From assembly GCA_964399135.1 (NCBI GenBank), contig CAYNPL010000007.1, forward strand, positions 26,014 through 90,013: DNA of 64,000 bases, in the 5' to 3' direction. Of this stretch, positions 49,797 through 58,570 are shown in pieces (positions within the stretch are counted from its first letter, which is position 1; each line of letters begins with the position of its first letter). The translations under genes were made by a program, and so were the position numbers. The DNA comes from an uncultured Gaiellales bacterium (lineage in GTDB: Bacteria; Actinomycetota; Thermoleophilia; RBG-16-64-13). Under the pieces are notes generated by a model, which was not told the origin of the DNA, searched no databases, and was given only the letters and a program-made list of their open reading frames with translations.

Positions 49797-49837
49797 GGTG
49801 CCGGGGCCTCGGCGAGGCCCCGGCACCTTGGCTTTGA
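49797..49837 (+). terminator. Rho-independent-type terminator after rplQ (end of alpha operon)
   Basis: Perfect 14-bp inverted repeat ggtgccggggcctc / gaggccccggcacc with 4-nt loop (49797-49828), followed by ttggctttg. Confidence 0.5.
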
Positions 49838-49911
49838 AGGCCGGGACGCGTGGGACCGGCCTTGTGCCCGAGCCCACGCGGGCACGGGGGCGACGACGCC
49901 GGGAGGTCGAC

Positions 49912-50709
49912 ATGGAGCGCAACCACCGCCTGGAGCTGCAGTACGACGGCACCGGTCTGCATGGGTGGGCCAAGCAAGAAGGCCTGCCCACCGTGGAGGC
50001 GGCTTTGGAAGAGGCGTTCCGGACGGTGCTCGGCCGGGTGCCCGCGTGGCGGGTGGCGGGGCGTACCGACGCGGGAGTGCATGCGCGCAGGCAGGTGCTG
50101 AGCCTGCGACTGCCCGCCGATCTGGACCTGCGCAGGTTGCAGCGGTCGCTCAACGCGCTCACTCCCGCGGGGGTGGCTGTCGTGAAGATCGCGCCCGCGC
50201 CGGAGCAATTCGACGCGCGGGCGGACGCCACCAGTCGCACCTACCGCTACTTCCTGTCCACCGGTCCGGTGGTGTCGCCGTTCTGGACCCGATACTGCTG
50301 GCATCTGCCGGTCGAGCTCGACTGGGTCTCGATGGAGGCGGCCGCCGCCGCCGCGGCCGGCCGCCACGACTTCACCGCCTTCACTCCCACCGAGACGGAG
50401 CACGTCTTCTTCGAGCGGCTGGTGTTGCGCTGCCGCTGGCGGAGGGTCGAGGGCGACTTCCCGGGGTTGCCCCAGCCCCGCCAGCCCGCCGGCTTGCGCT
50501 ATCTTGAGGTCGAGGCCGAGGCTTTCCTGCGGCATATGGTGCGCACCCTGGTCGGCACCATGGTGGAAGTGGGCAAGGGAGCGATGACCCTCGACTGTTT
50601 CGAGCACCTGCTGGCCGGCGCTCCCCGCCAGACCGCCGGTCCTACGGCGCCGCCCCAAGGTCTCGTCCTCTGGGAAGTGAGCTACGGACGGCGCAGACGC
50701 TCAGCGTAG
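49912..50709 (+). CDS. truA: tRNA pseudouridine(38-40) synthase TruA
   Basis: MERNHRLELQYDGTGLHGWAKQEGLPTVEAALEEAFRTVLGRVPAWRVAGRTDAGVHARRQVLSL, with catalytic Asp in GRTDAGVHA. ATG 49912 chosen over the listed upstream start at 49798. Confidence 0.85.
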   Translation: MERNHRLELQYDGTGLHGWAKQEGLPTVEAALEEAFRTVLGRVPAWRVAGRTDAGVHARRQVLSLRLPADLDLRRLQRSLNALTPAGVAVVKIAPAPEQFDARADATSRTYRYFLSTGPVVSPFWTRYCWHLPVELDWVSMEAAAAAAAGRHDFTAFTPTETEHVFFERLVLRCRWRRVEGDFPGLPQPRQPAGLRYLEVEAEAFLRHMVRTLVGTMVEVGKGAMTLDCFEHLLAGAPRQTAGPTAPPQGLVLWEVSYGRRRRSA

Positions 50710-50736
50710 ACCCTCGACACACAGGGAGGAAGCGAC

Positions 50737-51180
50737 GTGACCACCGGAGATGGACCCCGCATCGAAGTGATCCACACCGCCCGGAACGATCCCAGCTACA
50801 ACCTGCCGTATGCACCCGCCATGGTGGTCAACGGGGGCCGGCTGCTGTTCACGGCGGCGATGGCCGCCCCCACGTATCACCACCATCCCCATCGCCCGGA
50901 GGAGTTCGATCACCTGCCCGATGACCCCGGGGAGCAGGCTCGGATGACCATGGAGCAGCTCAAGGAGATCCTGGCCGCGGCCGGGGGCACCCTGAAGGAT
51001 GTGGTCTTCGTCACCCGCTACATCAAAGACGTGGCGGCCAACCAGGATGCCATCAACCGGGTCCAGGCCGAGTATTTCGGGGACCACCGGCCGGCAAGCT
51101 GCACGGTGGAGGTGGTCCGCCTGGCCACCGACCCCAGACTCAAGCTCGAGATGAGCGTGATCGCTGCTCTGCCCGCGTAG
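50737..51180 (+). CDS. RidA/YjgF/TdcF-family reactive-intermediate deaminase-like protein
   Basis: 147 aa; fold pattern LLFTAAMAA...GTLKDVVFVTRYIKD...ASCTVEVVRLA typical of the RidA family. GTG start. Confidence 0.7.
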   Translation: MTTGDGPRIEVIHTARNDPSYNLPYAPAMVVNGGRLLFTAAMAAPTYHHHPHRPEEFDHLPDDPGEQARMTMEQLKEILAAAGGTLKDVVFVTRYIKDVAANQDAINRVQAEYFGDHRPASCTVEVVRLATDPRLKLEMSVIAALPA

Positions 51181-51243
51181 CCTAGCCCTGCCGGAGACCC
51201 GGCGGCTCGTCGTGTGAGTGGCCTCTGCCGCGGGGGCAGGCCG

Positions 51244-53826
51244 TCAGCCCTCCCACTTCTCGATCTCGATCAGACAGGAGTTGGGCGCCTGCCCGGTCGA
51301 GGTGGGGGTGATGAAGCGGCTGGAGGTGAGCAAGTTGACACAGCCCGCCTTGTCGGCCGATCGGCCCGGCTCGCCGATGGGCAGGTACTCGCAGCACGAC
51401 TCATAGGAGTGCACCGTCCCCGGGGGAAGCCGCTCGGTCACCTGGGCGCACAGGATGACCTCGGCCCGGTCGTTGAAGGCCCGGATGAGGTCGCCGTCCT
51501 TGATGCCGCGGGCCGCCGCGTCCTTGCTGTTGACGCGCATGATCCAGTAGTGGTGGCCGTCTTCCTTGAGGACCCGGTGGTCTTTGATGTCGTTGCTCCA
51601 GGAACCCTTGAGGTCGCCCATGGTGTGGAAGCTGAAGCGGGCGTGCGGGGACACCATCTGCAGCGGGTACTTCTGATAGAGGTCGGTGGTGTGGTGTCCC
51701 TCCCAACTGGGGATGTATTGCGGGCCCAGGGCCGGCCGCTCGGGGTCTTCCTCGTCGGTCTGATAGAAGCGGGTGAGACTGCTGGAGACGAACTCGATCT
51801 TGCCCGAGGAGGTCTGCAGACCTTTGCGCTGCACCATGTCCCACACGGGAGCGCCGTCCGGGGTGTCCTTGGCTCGGTCCTCGGCGAACCAGCGCAGAGC
51901 CGGGGTGTACGGGGTGTCCGCGGGCACCGGGACCACGTAGTAGCCTTTCTCGGCGAACTCGTCCCACGATATCCGCTTGGGCAGGTCGCTGGCGTCGAAC
52001 ATGCGTTTGACCCAATCGAGGTCGGTGTGGCCGCCCTCGGTGTAGATGTCGCCCACGCCCAGGCGATGGGCCAGCGCGGTGAAGATGTCGTAGTCGGACT
52101 TGGACTCGCCCAGGGGCTCGATGCACTTCTGCTGGAACACGATGGTGCGATGGTTGCACTGGTCGAACTTGTTGGCGCCGTAGCCGGAGGCGTACGCCCA
52201 GTCCCCGATATCCCAGCGCTCGAAGTTGGTGCAGGCCGGGAGGATGATGTCGGCGAAGCGGGCCTCGCCTTCGAACCAGATCGACTGGTTCACCACGAAG
52301 TCCACCTTGCCCTCGCGGTAGGCCCGCACATAGCGGTTGGTCTCGGTCATGGTGCCGATGAAGGACCCCCCGTAACGGTAGTACATCTGCACGTGGGGAT
52401 AGCCGGGAGCCGGGTAGCGGTACTTGGTGAACTGGGACTCAATGGAGCCGCCGCAGAAGCCCTTGGCCCGCCACTCCATGCGCTCGTGGTTCATGGCCTC
52501 GGGGATGCGTAGGCGGGAGACGATCTGTCCCTCAGGTGAATGGTGAGGGTTGGAGAAGGTGCCCCCGTTGGGCCACATGCGATGGGCGAGGCGGATACCG
52601 GCGGCGGTGCCGCCGATGTCGCCGGAGATGCCGCCTTCCGCGTAGCCGGGGAACCAGAACGAACGGTCGAACGGGCCGCCCGAGGTGGTCGACCAGAGGT
52701 TGCGGCCGGGCTTGCCCAGCCCCTGCATGGCCACCAACGCGATCATGGTGCGGGCCCATTCATTGCCGGTGGCCGCCCGGCAGGCTCCGCCCCATCCGCC
52801 CATCCCGCCGGCGGCGAGCATGGTCTTCTTGCTGCCCCACTCCCGGGCGAATGCCCGGATCTCCCGAGCGGGGATGCCGGTCTCAACCTCGGCCCACTCC
52901 GGGGTCTTGGCCGTGCCGTCGGTCTCGCCCAGCACGTAGGCTTTCCACTCGTCGAAACGGTGGGTGCGCGAGGCCACGTACTCCTTGTCGTAGGTGCCCT
53001 CGGTCAGCCACACGAAGGCGATGGCCAGGCCGAAGGCCACGTCGGTTCCCAGCCGGGGAGCGAACCACTTGTCGCCGAAGAGGCCGGCGGTGTGATTGTA
53101 GTAGGGATCGATGAAGATCATCTTCATCCCGGCGTCTTTCAGCCACTGGCGGCGGATGGTGCTCTCGAAGGCTCCGTACACGCCTCCCGTGGTCTCCGGG
53201 TCGGCCGACCAGAAGACCACCATCTCGCTGTGCTCGAGGGCGTCCCGCAGTAGGTCATACTGCTCGGGGATGCCCAGGCGGTTGCTGAAGCCCCACATGT
53301 GGGCCCCGCCCCACTGCCAACCTTCCCAGCTGTCGGGGTTGTGCTCGGCGTAGGTGTAGCCCACCAGGTTCATGAAGCGGTTGTAGGCGCTGAAGCGGTA
53401 GCCGATGTTTCCCCACAGATGGTGGGAGCCGGGCGTGGTCATGATGGCGGCCGGTCCCACCTCGCGCTTGAGGCGGATCATCTCGGCGGCCACCATGTCC
53501 AGGGCGTCGTCCCAGCTGACGGGCTCGTAGCCCGACTCTCCCCGGTTCTGGATATTGCGCTTGCCGTGCGGGTCGAAGTCCACCCGCTTGAGGGGAGTCA
53601 GGATGCGGTTGGGCGCGTATATGGTCGACTTGTGGGCCGCCGTCCAGGGGGAGAGGGTGGTCTTTCGGGGCGGGGTGAACTCGCGTCCTCGGGCCCGTAT
53701 GGTCCAGGAAGGTCCGTCGCTCTCGTCGAGCTGGAGGGGGATGATGCGGACGATCTTGCCGTCCTCGACGTCCACGTGCACGGGGCCGCCTGTCGTGAGG
53801 TTGGTGAGCCGACGAATTCCCGCCAT
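51244..53826 (-). CDS. Molybdopterin (bis-MGD) oxidoreductase alpha subunit, AthL-like, copy 3 (orphan, no adjacent beta subunit)
   Basis: 860 aa. MAGIRRLTNLTTGGPVHVDVEDGKIVRIIPL..., SGYEPVSWDDALDMVAAEMIRLK, TTPGSHHLWGNIGYRFSAYNRFMNLVGYTYAEHNPDSWEGWQWGGAHMWGF, TPEWAEVETGIPAREIRAFAREWG, LIEIEKWEG. The closest of the three to AthL as I recall it. No Tat signal, no Fe-S motif. Confidence 0.85.
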   Translation of the reverse strand: MAGIRRLTNLTTGGPVHVDVEDGKIVRIIPLQLDESDGPSWTIRARGREFTPPRKTTLSPWTAAHKSTIYAPNRILTPLKRVDFDPHGKRNIQNRGESGYEPVSWDDALDMVAAEMIRLKREVGPAAIMTTPGSHHLWGNIGYRFSAYNRFMNLVGYTYAEHNPDSWEGWQWGGAHMWGFSNRLGIPEQYDLLRDALEHSEMVVFWSADPETTGGVYGAFESTIRRQWLKDAGMKMIFIDPYYNHTAGLFGDKWFAPRLGTDVAFGLAIAFVWLTEGTYDKEYVASRTHRFDEWKAYVLGETDGTAKTPEWAEVETGIPAREIRAFAREWGSKKTMLAAGGMGGWGGACRAATGNEWARTMIALVAMQGLGKPGRNLWSTTSGGPFDRSFWFPGYAEGGISGDIGGTAAGIRLAHRMWPNGGTFSNPHHSPEGQIVSRLRIPEAMNHERMEWRAKGFCGGSIESQFTKYRYPAPGYPHVQMYYRYGGSFIGTMTETNRYVRAYREGKVDFVVNQSIWFEGEARFADIILPACTNFERWDIGDWAYASGYGANKFDQCNHRTIVFQQKCIEPLGESKSDYDIFTALAHRLGVGDIYTEGGHTDLDWVKRMFDASDLPKRISWDEFAEKGYYVVPVPADTPYTPALRWFAEDRAKDTPDGAPVWDMVQRKGLQTSSGKIEFVSSSLTRFYQTDEEDPERPALGPQYIPSWEGHHTTDLYQKYPLQMVSPHARFSFHTMGDLKGSWSNDIKDHRVLKEDGHHYWIMRVNSKDAAARGIKDGDLIRAFNDRAEVILCAQVTERLPPGTVHSYESCCEYLPIGEPGRSADKAGCVNLLTSSRFITPTSTGQAPNSCLIEIEKWEG

Positions 53827-53890
53827 CGTTCCTATCCTTGCTGTGGTTCTGAAGGTCCAGTACGGCCGGTGTGTCTGACTACCGGCCGAA

Positions 53891-53935
53891 AGTTTGTCAA
53901 TGCGCTAAACTACCGACTATGCGCTAGTTTGTCAA
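53891..53935. promoter_or_regulatory. Repeated sequence blocks in TetR/alpha3 divergent intergenic region (candidate operator and promoters)
   Basis: GTTTGTCAA at 53892-53900 and 53927-53935; TGCGCTA at 53901-53907 and 53920-53926. An embedded TTGTCA-17-TATGCG element faces the TetR gene. Confidence 0.35.
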
Positions 53936-54024
53936 GGCGGAGCGGGCGCCCGGACCCTCCCGGATGGCGGGCTTTTTCGCCGGAAGCGGAGGCTGTGATA
54001 CCGTGAGGCCATGGAGGGAGTGGG

Positions 54025-54678
54025 GTGAGCGAACGGACGCAGAGGCACACGCCTCGCATGACTGCCGACGCCAGGAAGCGGCAGATCGTCGACATCGCCC
54101 TCGACCTCATCCAGAAGCACGGGCTCCACGGTGTGACCATGGCTCGGATCGCGGCGGGAGCGGGCATCAGGCAGGCCTCTCTCTATACCCACTTCCAGAG
54201 TAGGCAGGAGATCCTGCTGGCGGCCTTGGACGTCATCTACGATCGCATCTACGCCTCGCGCATGACCGCCTCTGACGAGAACACCCTGCAGCGACTGCGC
54301 GAGATCTGCGACCACCACATCGAGCTCTGGCGCGGTCTGGGCGAGAAACACCACGCCCACCTGCTGCTGGAGTTCGTGGCGGGCGCCCCCGGCGAGGGAC
54401 TGCGGGAGACCCTGGCGGCCAAGCATCTGGAGACCCTCAAAGAGTTCATCCAGATCGTCGAGCGCGGCAAACAGGAAGGCAAGATCCCCGCCCACGTCGA
54501 TTCGGAGCGGGTGGCCTGGTTCATCACCGGCTTCGCCTTCGCGGGTGACGTGTCGCAGACCATGGGGTTCCAGAGATTCCTCGACCCGGAGATCGCCGGT
54601 CGCTGGCTCGACGTGATGTTCGCCAGTTTCGTGGCCGAACCGGACACACCCGGCGCAAAGACCGCGGGTGCCCCCTGA
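54025..54678 (+). CDS. TetR/AcrR-family transcriptional regulator
   Basis: N-terminal HTH RKRQIVDIALDLIQKHGLHGVTMARIAAGAGIRQASLYTHFQSRQEIL and a helical C-terminal ligand domain. Divergent from alpha3. Confidence 0.85.
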   Translation: MSERTQRHTPRMTADARKRQIVDIALDLIQKHGLHGVTMARIAAGAGIRQASLYTHFQSRQEILLAALDVIYDRIYASRMTASDENTLQRLREICDHHIELWRGLGEKHHAHLLLEFVAGAPGEGLRETLAAKHLETLKEFIQIVERGKQEGKIPAHVDSERVAWFITGFAFAGDVSQTMGFQRFLDPEIAGRWLDVMFASFVAEPDTPGAKTAGAP

Positions 54679-54706
54679 CAGGTGACCCGGGCCCGGGCTT
54701 TCTCGC

Positions 54707-54735
54707 TTGACACTGCCTGCTTCCCCCACTATTAT
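54707..54735 (+). promoter_or_regulatory. Candidate promoter of rplM-rpsI: TTGACA-17-TATTAT
   Basis: Consensus -35, 17-nt spacer, near-consensus -10, ~28 nt upstream of the AAGGAGG RBS and the GTG start of rplM. Confidence 0.45.
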
Positions 54736-54763
54736 CTGCGGTCGCGTTTTCTAAGGAGGCAGT

Positions 54764-55198
54764 GTGAAGACCTATTCGGCGAAACCCGGTGAGGTGCAGC
54801 GCAACTGGTGGGTCGTCGACGCCGACGGCAAGAATCTGGGCCGGCTGGCGTCGGAGATCGCCGATGTGCTGCGGGGCAAGAACAAGCCCCAATACACCCC
54901 GCACATCGACACCGGGGACTTTGTCGTCGTCGTCAATGCGGAGAAGATAGCGGTCACCGGCGACAAGATGACCAAGAAGGTCTACTACCGGCACTCGGGC
55001 CATCCGGGCGGTCTCAAGAGCGAAACCCTCGGCCACCTCATCGAGCGTCGGCCCACCGAAGTGCTGCGCAAGGCGGTCAAGGGCATGATGCCGAAGAACC
55101 GGCTGGCGGCCCAGCAACTAGGCAAACTCAAGATCTACGCCGGGCCCAAGCATCCCCATGCCGCCCAGAAGCCGGAGGAGTTCCCATGGCAGCAGTAG
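54764..55198 (+). CDS. rplM: 50S ribosomal protein L13
   Basis: (M)[67 protein letters not shown]... Confidence 0.9.
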   Translation: MKTYSAKPGEVQRNWWVVDADGKNLGRLASEIADVLRGKNKPQYTPHIDTGDFVVVVNAEKIAVTGDKMTKKVYYRHSGHPGGLKSETLGHLIERRPTEVLRKAVKGMMPKNRLAAQQLGKLKIYAGPKHPHAAQKPEEFPWQQ

Positions 55199-55578
55199 TC
55201 TACGCGGCGACGGGCAAGCGGAAGACCGCGGTGGCCAGGGTCCGGCTGATGCCGGGCACAGGGAACATCATCGTCAACGGCAAGGATGCCAAGGACTACT
55301 TCAACCGCCAGACCCTGATGCTTCTCGTTCGCGCTCCACTGGTCGAGACCGGCACCGAGGCCCGCTACGACGTCGTCGCGCACATCGAGGGTGGCGGCAA
55401 GTCCGGGCAGGCCGGGGCCCTCAAGCACGGATTGGCTCGGGCCTTGGTCGAGGCCGATCCCTCGCTCAAGACCGATGTCAAGCGCGCCGGCCATCTGTCG
55501 CGCGACGCCCGTATGGTCGAGCGCAAGAAGGCCGGTCTGAAAAAGGCCCGCAAGCGCCCGCAGTTCTCCAAGCGCTAG
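55186..55578 (+). CDS. rpsI: 30S ribosomal protein S9
   Basis: [39 protein letters not shown]...[12 protein letters not shown]. It is the 3' part of a longer spurious ORF (54808-55578). ATG 55186 overlaps the rplM stop. Confidence 0.9.
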   Translation: MAAVVYAATGKRKTAVARVRLMPGTGNIIVNGKDAKDYFNRQTLMLLVRAPLVETGTEARYDVVAHIEGGGKSGQAGALKHGLARALVEADPSLKTDVKRAGHLSRDARMVERKKAGLKKARKRPQFSKR

Positions 55579-55602
55579 CCGCGCCGACATCCAGGGGAAT
55601 CC

Positions 55603-55642
55603 GAGGCGAGGGAGAATTCTCCCTCGCCTCTTCTCTTGTTCT
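55603..55642 (+). terminator. Rho-independent terminator after rpsI
   Basis: Perfect 28-nt palindrome gaggcgagggagaa|ttctccctcgcctc (55603-55630), followed by the T-rich run ttctcttgttct. Confidence 0.6.
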
Positions 55643-55651
55643 GAGGAGCGC

Positions 55652-56701
55652 ATGCCGGAGTTACGGGTCGACATAGACGCCATTGGCAGGAACACCGAGG
55701 TGGTCGCCGCTCTGCTGCGAGAGCGGGGGCTCGACTTGGTGGCGGTGACAAAGGGGTGCCTGGGCGAGCCCCGCGTCGCCGCGGCCATGCTGGCCGGCGG
55801 CGCGGCGGCTTTGGCCGACACCCGCGACCGGAACCTGCGCCGGCTGCGCTCCGCGCTGCCCGCCGCCCAGTTGCACCGCATCCACTTGCCCTCGCTCGCG
55901 GAGCCTTTCGAACCGGGGGACGTGACCTATGTGAGCAACGAGGAGGGCGCGGCCGCCGTGGCCGCCCGGGCGGGCTCGGCCGGGCCGCGCCGGGTGATGC
56001 TCCAGCTGGAGACCGGCGACGAACGGGAAGGGGTGCCGGCTGAGCGGCTGCTGGAGCTGGCCCGATACGTCGTCTCCGAGCCGCGCCTTTGCCTGGAAGG
56101 GGTATCCACCAACTTCGCCTGCTTCTTGGGGTGCGCCGATGGGATCATGGCCTCGGTGGAGGCCGTGGCCGGGGCCGCCGCCGCCCTGCGGGCGGCAGGG
56201 CTGCCCGTCCTGCGGGTGTCGGGCGGCAATTCCAGCCTCTTGTGGCTGCTGCGCCGAGGCGTCCGCCTGCCGGCTGAGATCACCGAGGTCCGCTGCGGCG
56301 AGGCTCTCCTGCTGGGGCAGGACGCCCTGCAGTACGAGCCCCTGCCGGGATGCCGCACCGATGCCTGTGTCATCAGGGCCGAGGTGCTGGAGGAGTATAC
56401 TAAGCGGGCCTTCCCGGGGCCGGATGCGCGGTCCGGACCGGGCCCGGGCGGGCGGTCCGCCCGCCGGTTGGTCCTGGGGATCGGACGGCAGGATCTGAGT
56501 CTGGGAGCGGTCAGGTTCGTGGAGCCGGGGCTGCGTGAGATCGGGCGATCGGCGGACTATCTGGTGGTGGAGGCGGCCACGGCCGGCGGGTCGGGCGGCG
56601 CTGGTCGGGTGGGGTCCCTGGTCGATATGATCCCGGCCTACGAGGCGCTAGTGGCGGCTTGGACGTCCCCGTATGTGGGACTTAAACTCCTAGAGCGTTG
56701 A
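55652..56701 (+). CDS. Alanine-racemase-fold (fold-type III PLP) domain protein, predicted amino-acid racemase-like (YhfX/COG3457-like). Specific activity unknown
   Basis: N-terminal TIM-barrel-like segment with candidate PLP lysine in LVAVTKGCLGEP. 349 aa. Not a close match to canonical Alr by eye. Confidence 0.5.
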   Translation: MPELRVDIDAIGRNTEVVAALLRERGLDLVAVTKGCLGEPRVAAAMLAGGAAALADTRDRNLRRLRSALPAAQLHRIHLPSLAEPFEPGDVTYVSNEEGAAAVAARAGSAGPRRVMLQLETGDEREGVPAERLLELARYVVSEPRLCLEGVSTNFACFLGCADGIMASVEAVAGAAAALRAAGLPVLRVSGGNSSLLWLLRRGVRLPAEITEVRCGEALLLGQDALQYEPLPGCRTDACVIRAEVLEEYTKRAFPGPDARSGPGPGGRSARRLVLGIGRQDLSLGAVRFVEPGLREIGRSADYLVVEAATAGGSGGAGRVGSLVDMIPAYEALVAAWTSPYVGLKLLER

Positions 56702-56735
56702 AGGCGGAGCCCACTGACACGGAGGGCGGTCTCTG

Positions 56736-58568
56736 ATGTGTGGCATCATCGGCTACGTGGGCGGCAGACCCTGCCGCGACATCCTGTTCCAGGGGCTGCG
56801 CAAGCTGGAATACCGCGGCTACGACTCGGCCGGTATCTCCATCATCTGTGACGGGCAGTTCCGACTGCTCCATTCCGTCGGCAACCTGGACCGCCTCGAG
56901 GCCAAACTCGACCGCCTCGACGGCGGCGGCACCGTGGGCATCGCGCACACGCGCTGGGCCACCCATGGCCGTCCGTCTGACGAGAACGCCCACCCCCACA
57001 CCGACTGCAGCGGCCGTTTCGCCATCGTGCTCAACGGCATCGTCGAGAACTACCTGAGTCTGCGCGCCCTGCTGCGCGAAGAGGGGCACGAGTTCACTTC
57101 CGAGACCGACGCCGAGGTGGTGGCGCATCTGATCGAACGGGCCTATGCCGGCTCACTGCGCGACGCCGTGGTGGAGGCGTTCAGGCAGATGGAGGGGCAC
57201 TTCACCTACTGCGCCATCGCCGTGGACGAGCCCGACGTCATCGTGGCCGTGCGCAAGGAAACCCCTCTGGTGGTGGGTCTGGGCCGAGGGGAGAACTTCG
57301 TGGCTTCAGCCGTGCCCGCCTTTCTGGCCGAGACCCGCACAGTGGTCTTCCCCGATGACGGCGAGGTGGTGACTGTCCGCAAGGACGCGGTGGAGATCTT
57401 CGGCCTGGATGGACAGCCTATCCTGCGGGAGGCCGAGACGGTCGACTGGGACGAAGAAGCCGCCGAAAAAGCGGGCTACGAGACGTTCATGCTCAAGGAG
57501 ATCCACGAGCAGCCCACCTCGCTGGCCGACACCCTGGCTGAGCGGGTGGGGGCCGACGGCCGGGTGATCTTGGACGGGCTGGGTCTGGCCCCCGAGGCCA
57601 TCAGAGCCCTCGAGCAGGTCACCATCGTGGCCTGCGGGACCTCCTATCACGCCGGTCTGGTAGGGAAGTACGCGCTGGAGCGTTGGGCCCGGGTGCCGGT
57701 GGAGGTGGAGGTGGCCTCCGAGTTCCGCTACCGCGACCCCGTCATCGGCCCCGCCTGTCTCTGCATTGCCATCAGCCAGTCGGGAGAGACCGCCGACACC
57801 CTGGCCGCCATGCGCCTGGCCCGGGAGGCGGGCGCTCACGTGCTGGCCGTGACCAACATCGTGGGTTCGCAGGCTACCCGGGAAGCCCACGGGGTGCTGT
57901 TCACCCGGGCCGGTCTGGAGATAGGGGTGGCCGCCACCAAGACTTTCCTCACCCAGGAGATGGCCATGCTGCTTCTCGCGCTCTATCTGGGCGAGCAGCG
58001 CGGGCACCTGGGCATCGAAGAGGTGCGGGCGTACACCGAGGAACTGCGGCGCATCCCGGGTCTGCTCCGCGACTACCTGGAGGACGGCGCTGCCGCCCGG
58101 GTGGAGGAGGTGGCCAAGAAGCACGCCGGCGGCCGGTTCTTCCTGTGCCTGGGCCGCAACATGAGTCTGCCCGTGGCGCTGGAAGGTGCGCTCAAGCTCA
58201 AGGAGATCTCCTACATCCCCACCGACGCCTACGCCGCCGGAGAGATGAAGCACGGGCCTATCGCCCTGCTGGAGGAAGGCTCGCCGGTGTTGGTGGTGGC
58301 CACCGACAGCCGGGTCTACGACAAGCTGGTCTCCAACGTGCAGGAGGTGCGGGCGCGGGGGGCGCGGGTCATCGCCGTGGCTTCCGAAGGCAACGAGAGC
58401 CTGCTGGAGATGGCCGACGAGATCTTCTATGTGCCCCGCACCGACGAGATGCTGGCCCCCCTTCTTTCCGTTGTGCCGCTGCAGCTCTTCGCCTACTACG
58501 TGGCCAAGCACAAGGGTGAGAAGGTCGACCAGCCCCGCAACCTGGCCAAGACCGTCACAGTGGAATAG
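56736..58568 (+). CDS. glmS: Glutamine--fructose-6-phosphate aminotransferase (isomerizing)
   Basis: MCGIIGYVGG...LEYRGYDSAGI Ntn-amidotransferase start. Two SIS domains. Ends ...KTVTVE. Confidence 0.9.
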   Translation: MCGIIGYVGGRPCRDILFQGLRKLEYRGYDSAGISIICDGQFRLLHSVGNLDRLEAKLDRLDGGGTVGIAHTRWATHGRPSDENAHPHTDCSGRFAIVLNGIVENYLSLRALLREEGHEFTSETDAEVVAHLIERAYAGSLRDAVVEAFRQMEGHFTYCAIAVDEPDVIVAVRKETPLVVGLGRGENFVASAVPAFLAETRTVVFPDDGEVVTVRKDAVEIFGLDGQPILREAETVDWDEEAAEKAGYETFMLKEIHEQPTSLADTLAERVGADGRVILDGLGLAPEAIRALEQVTIVACGTSYHAGLVGKYALERWARVPVEVEVASEFRYRDPVIGPACLCIAISQSGETADTLAAMRLAREAGAHVLAVTNIVGSQATREAHGVLFTRAGLEIGVAATKTFLTQEMAMLLLALYLGEQRGHLGIEEVRAYTEELRRIPGLLRDYLEDGAAARVEEVAKKHAGGRFFLCLGRNMSLPVALEGALKLKEISYIPTDAYAAGEMKHGPIALLEEGSPVLVVATDSRVYDKLVSNVQEVRARGARVIAVASEGNESLLEMADEIFYVPRTDEMLAPLLSVVPLQLFAYYVAKHKGEKVDQPRNLAKTVTVE

Positions 58569-58570
58569 CG

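Noticed and set aside
50710-54763. Mobile element / genomic island with integrase around the alpha3-TetR insertion
   Set aside because: No integrase, transposase, tRNA-adjacent attachment site, inverted or direct terminal repeats could be found by eye. The insertion is reported only as a synteny break, not as a mobile element.
54808-55578. 256-aa ORF spanning rplM and rpsI in another frame
   Set aside because: Only its last 130 codons (from ATG 55186) correspond to ribosomal protein S9. The upstream part is a spurious open frame overlapping rplM.
56702-56735. Possible glmS ribozyme/riboswitch upstream of glmS
   Set aside because: Only a 34-bp gap precedes glmS, with no room for the ~170-nt ribozyme, which fits with Actinobacteria generally lacking it.
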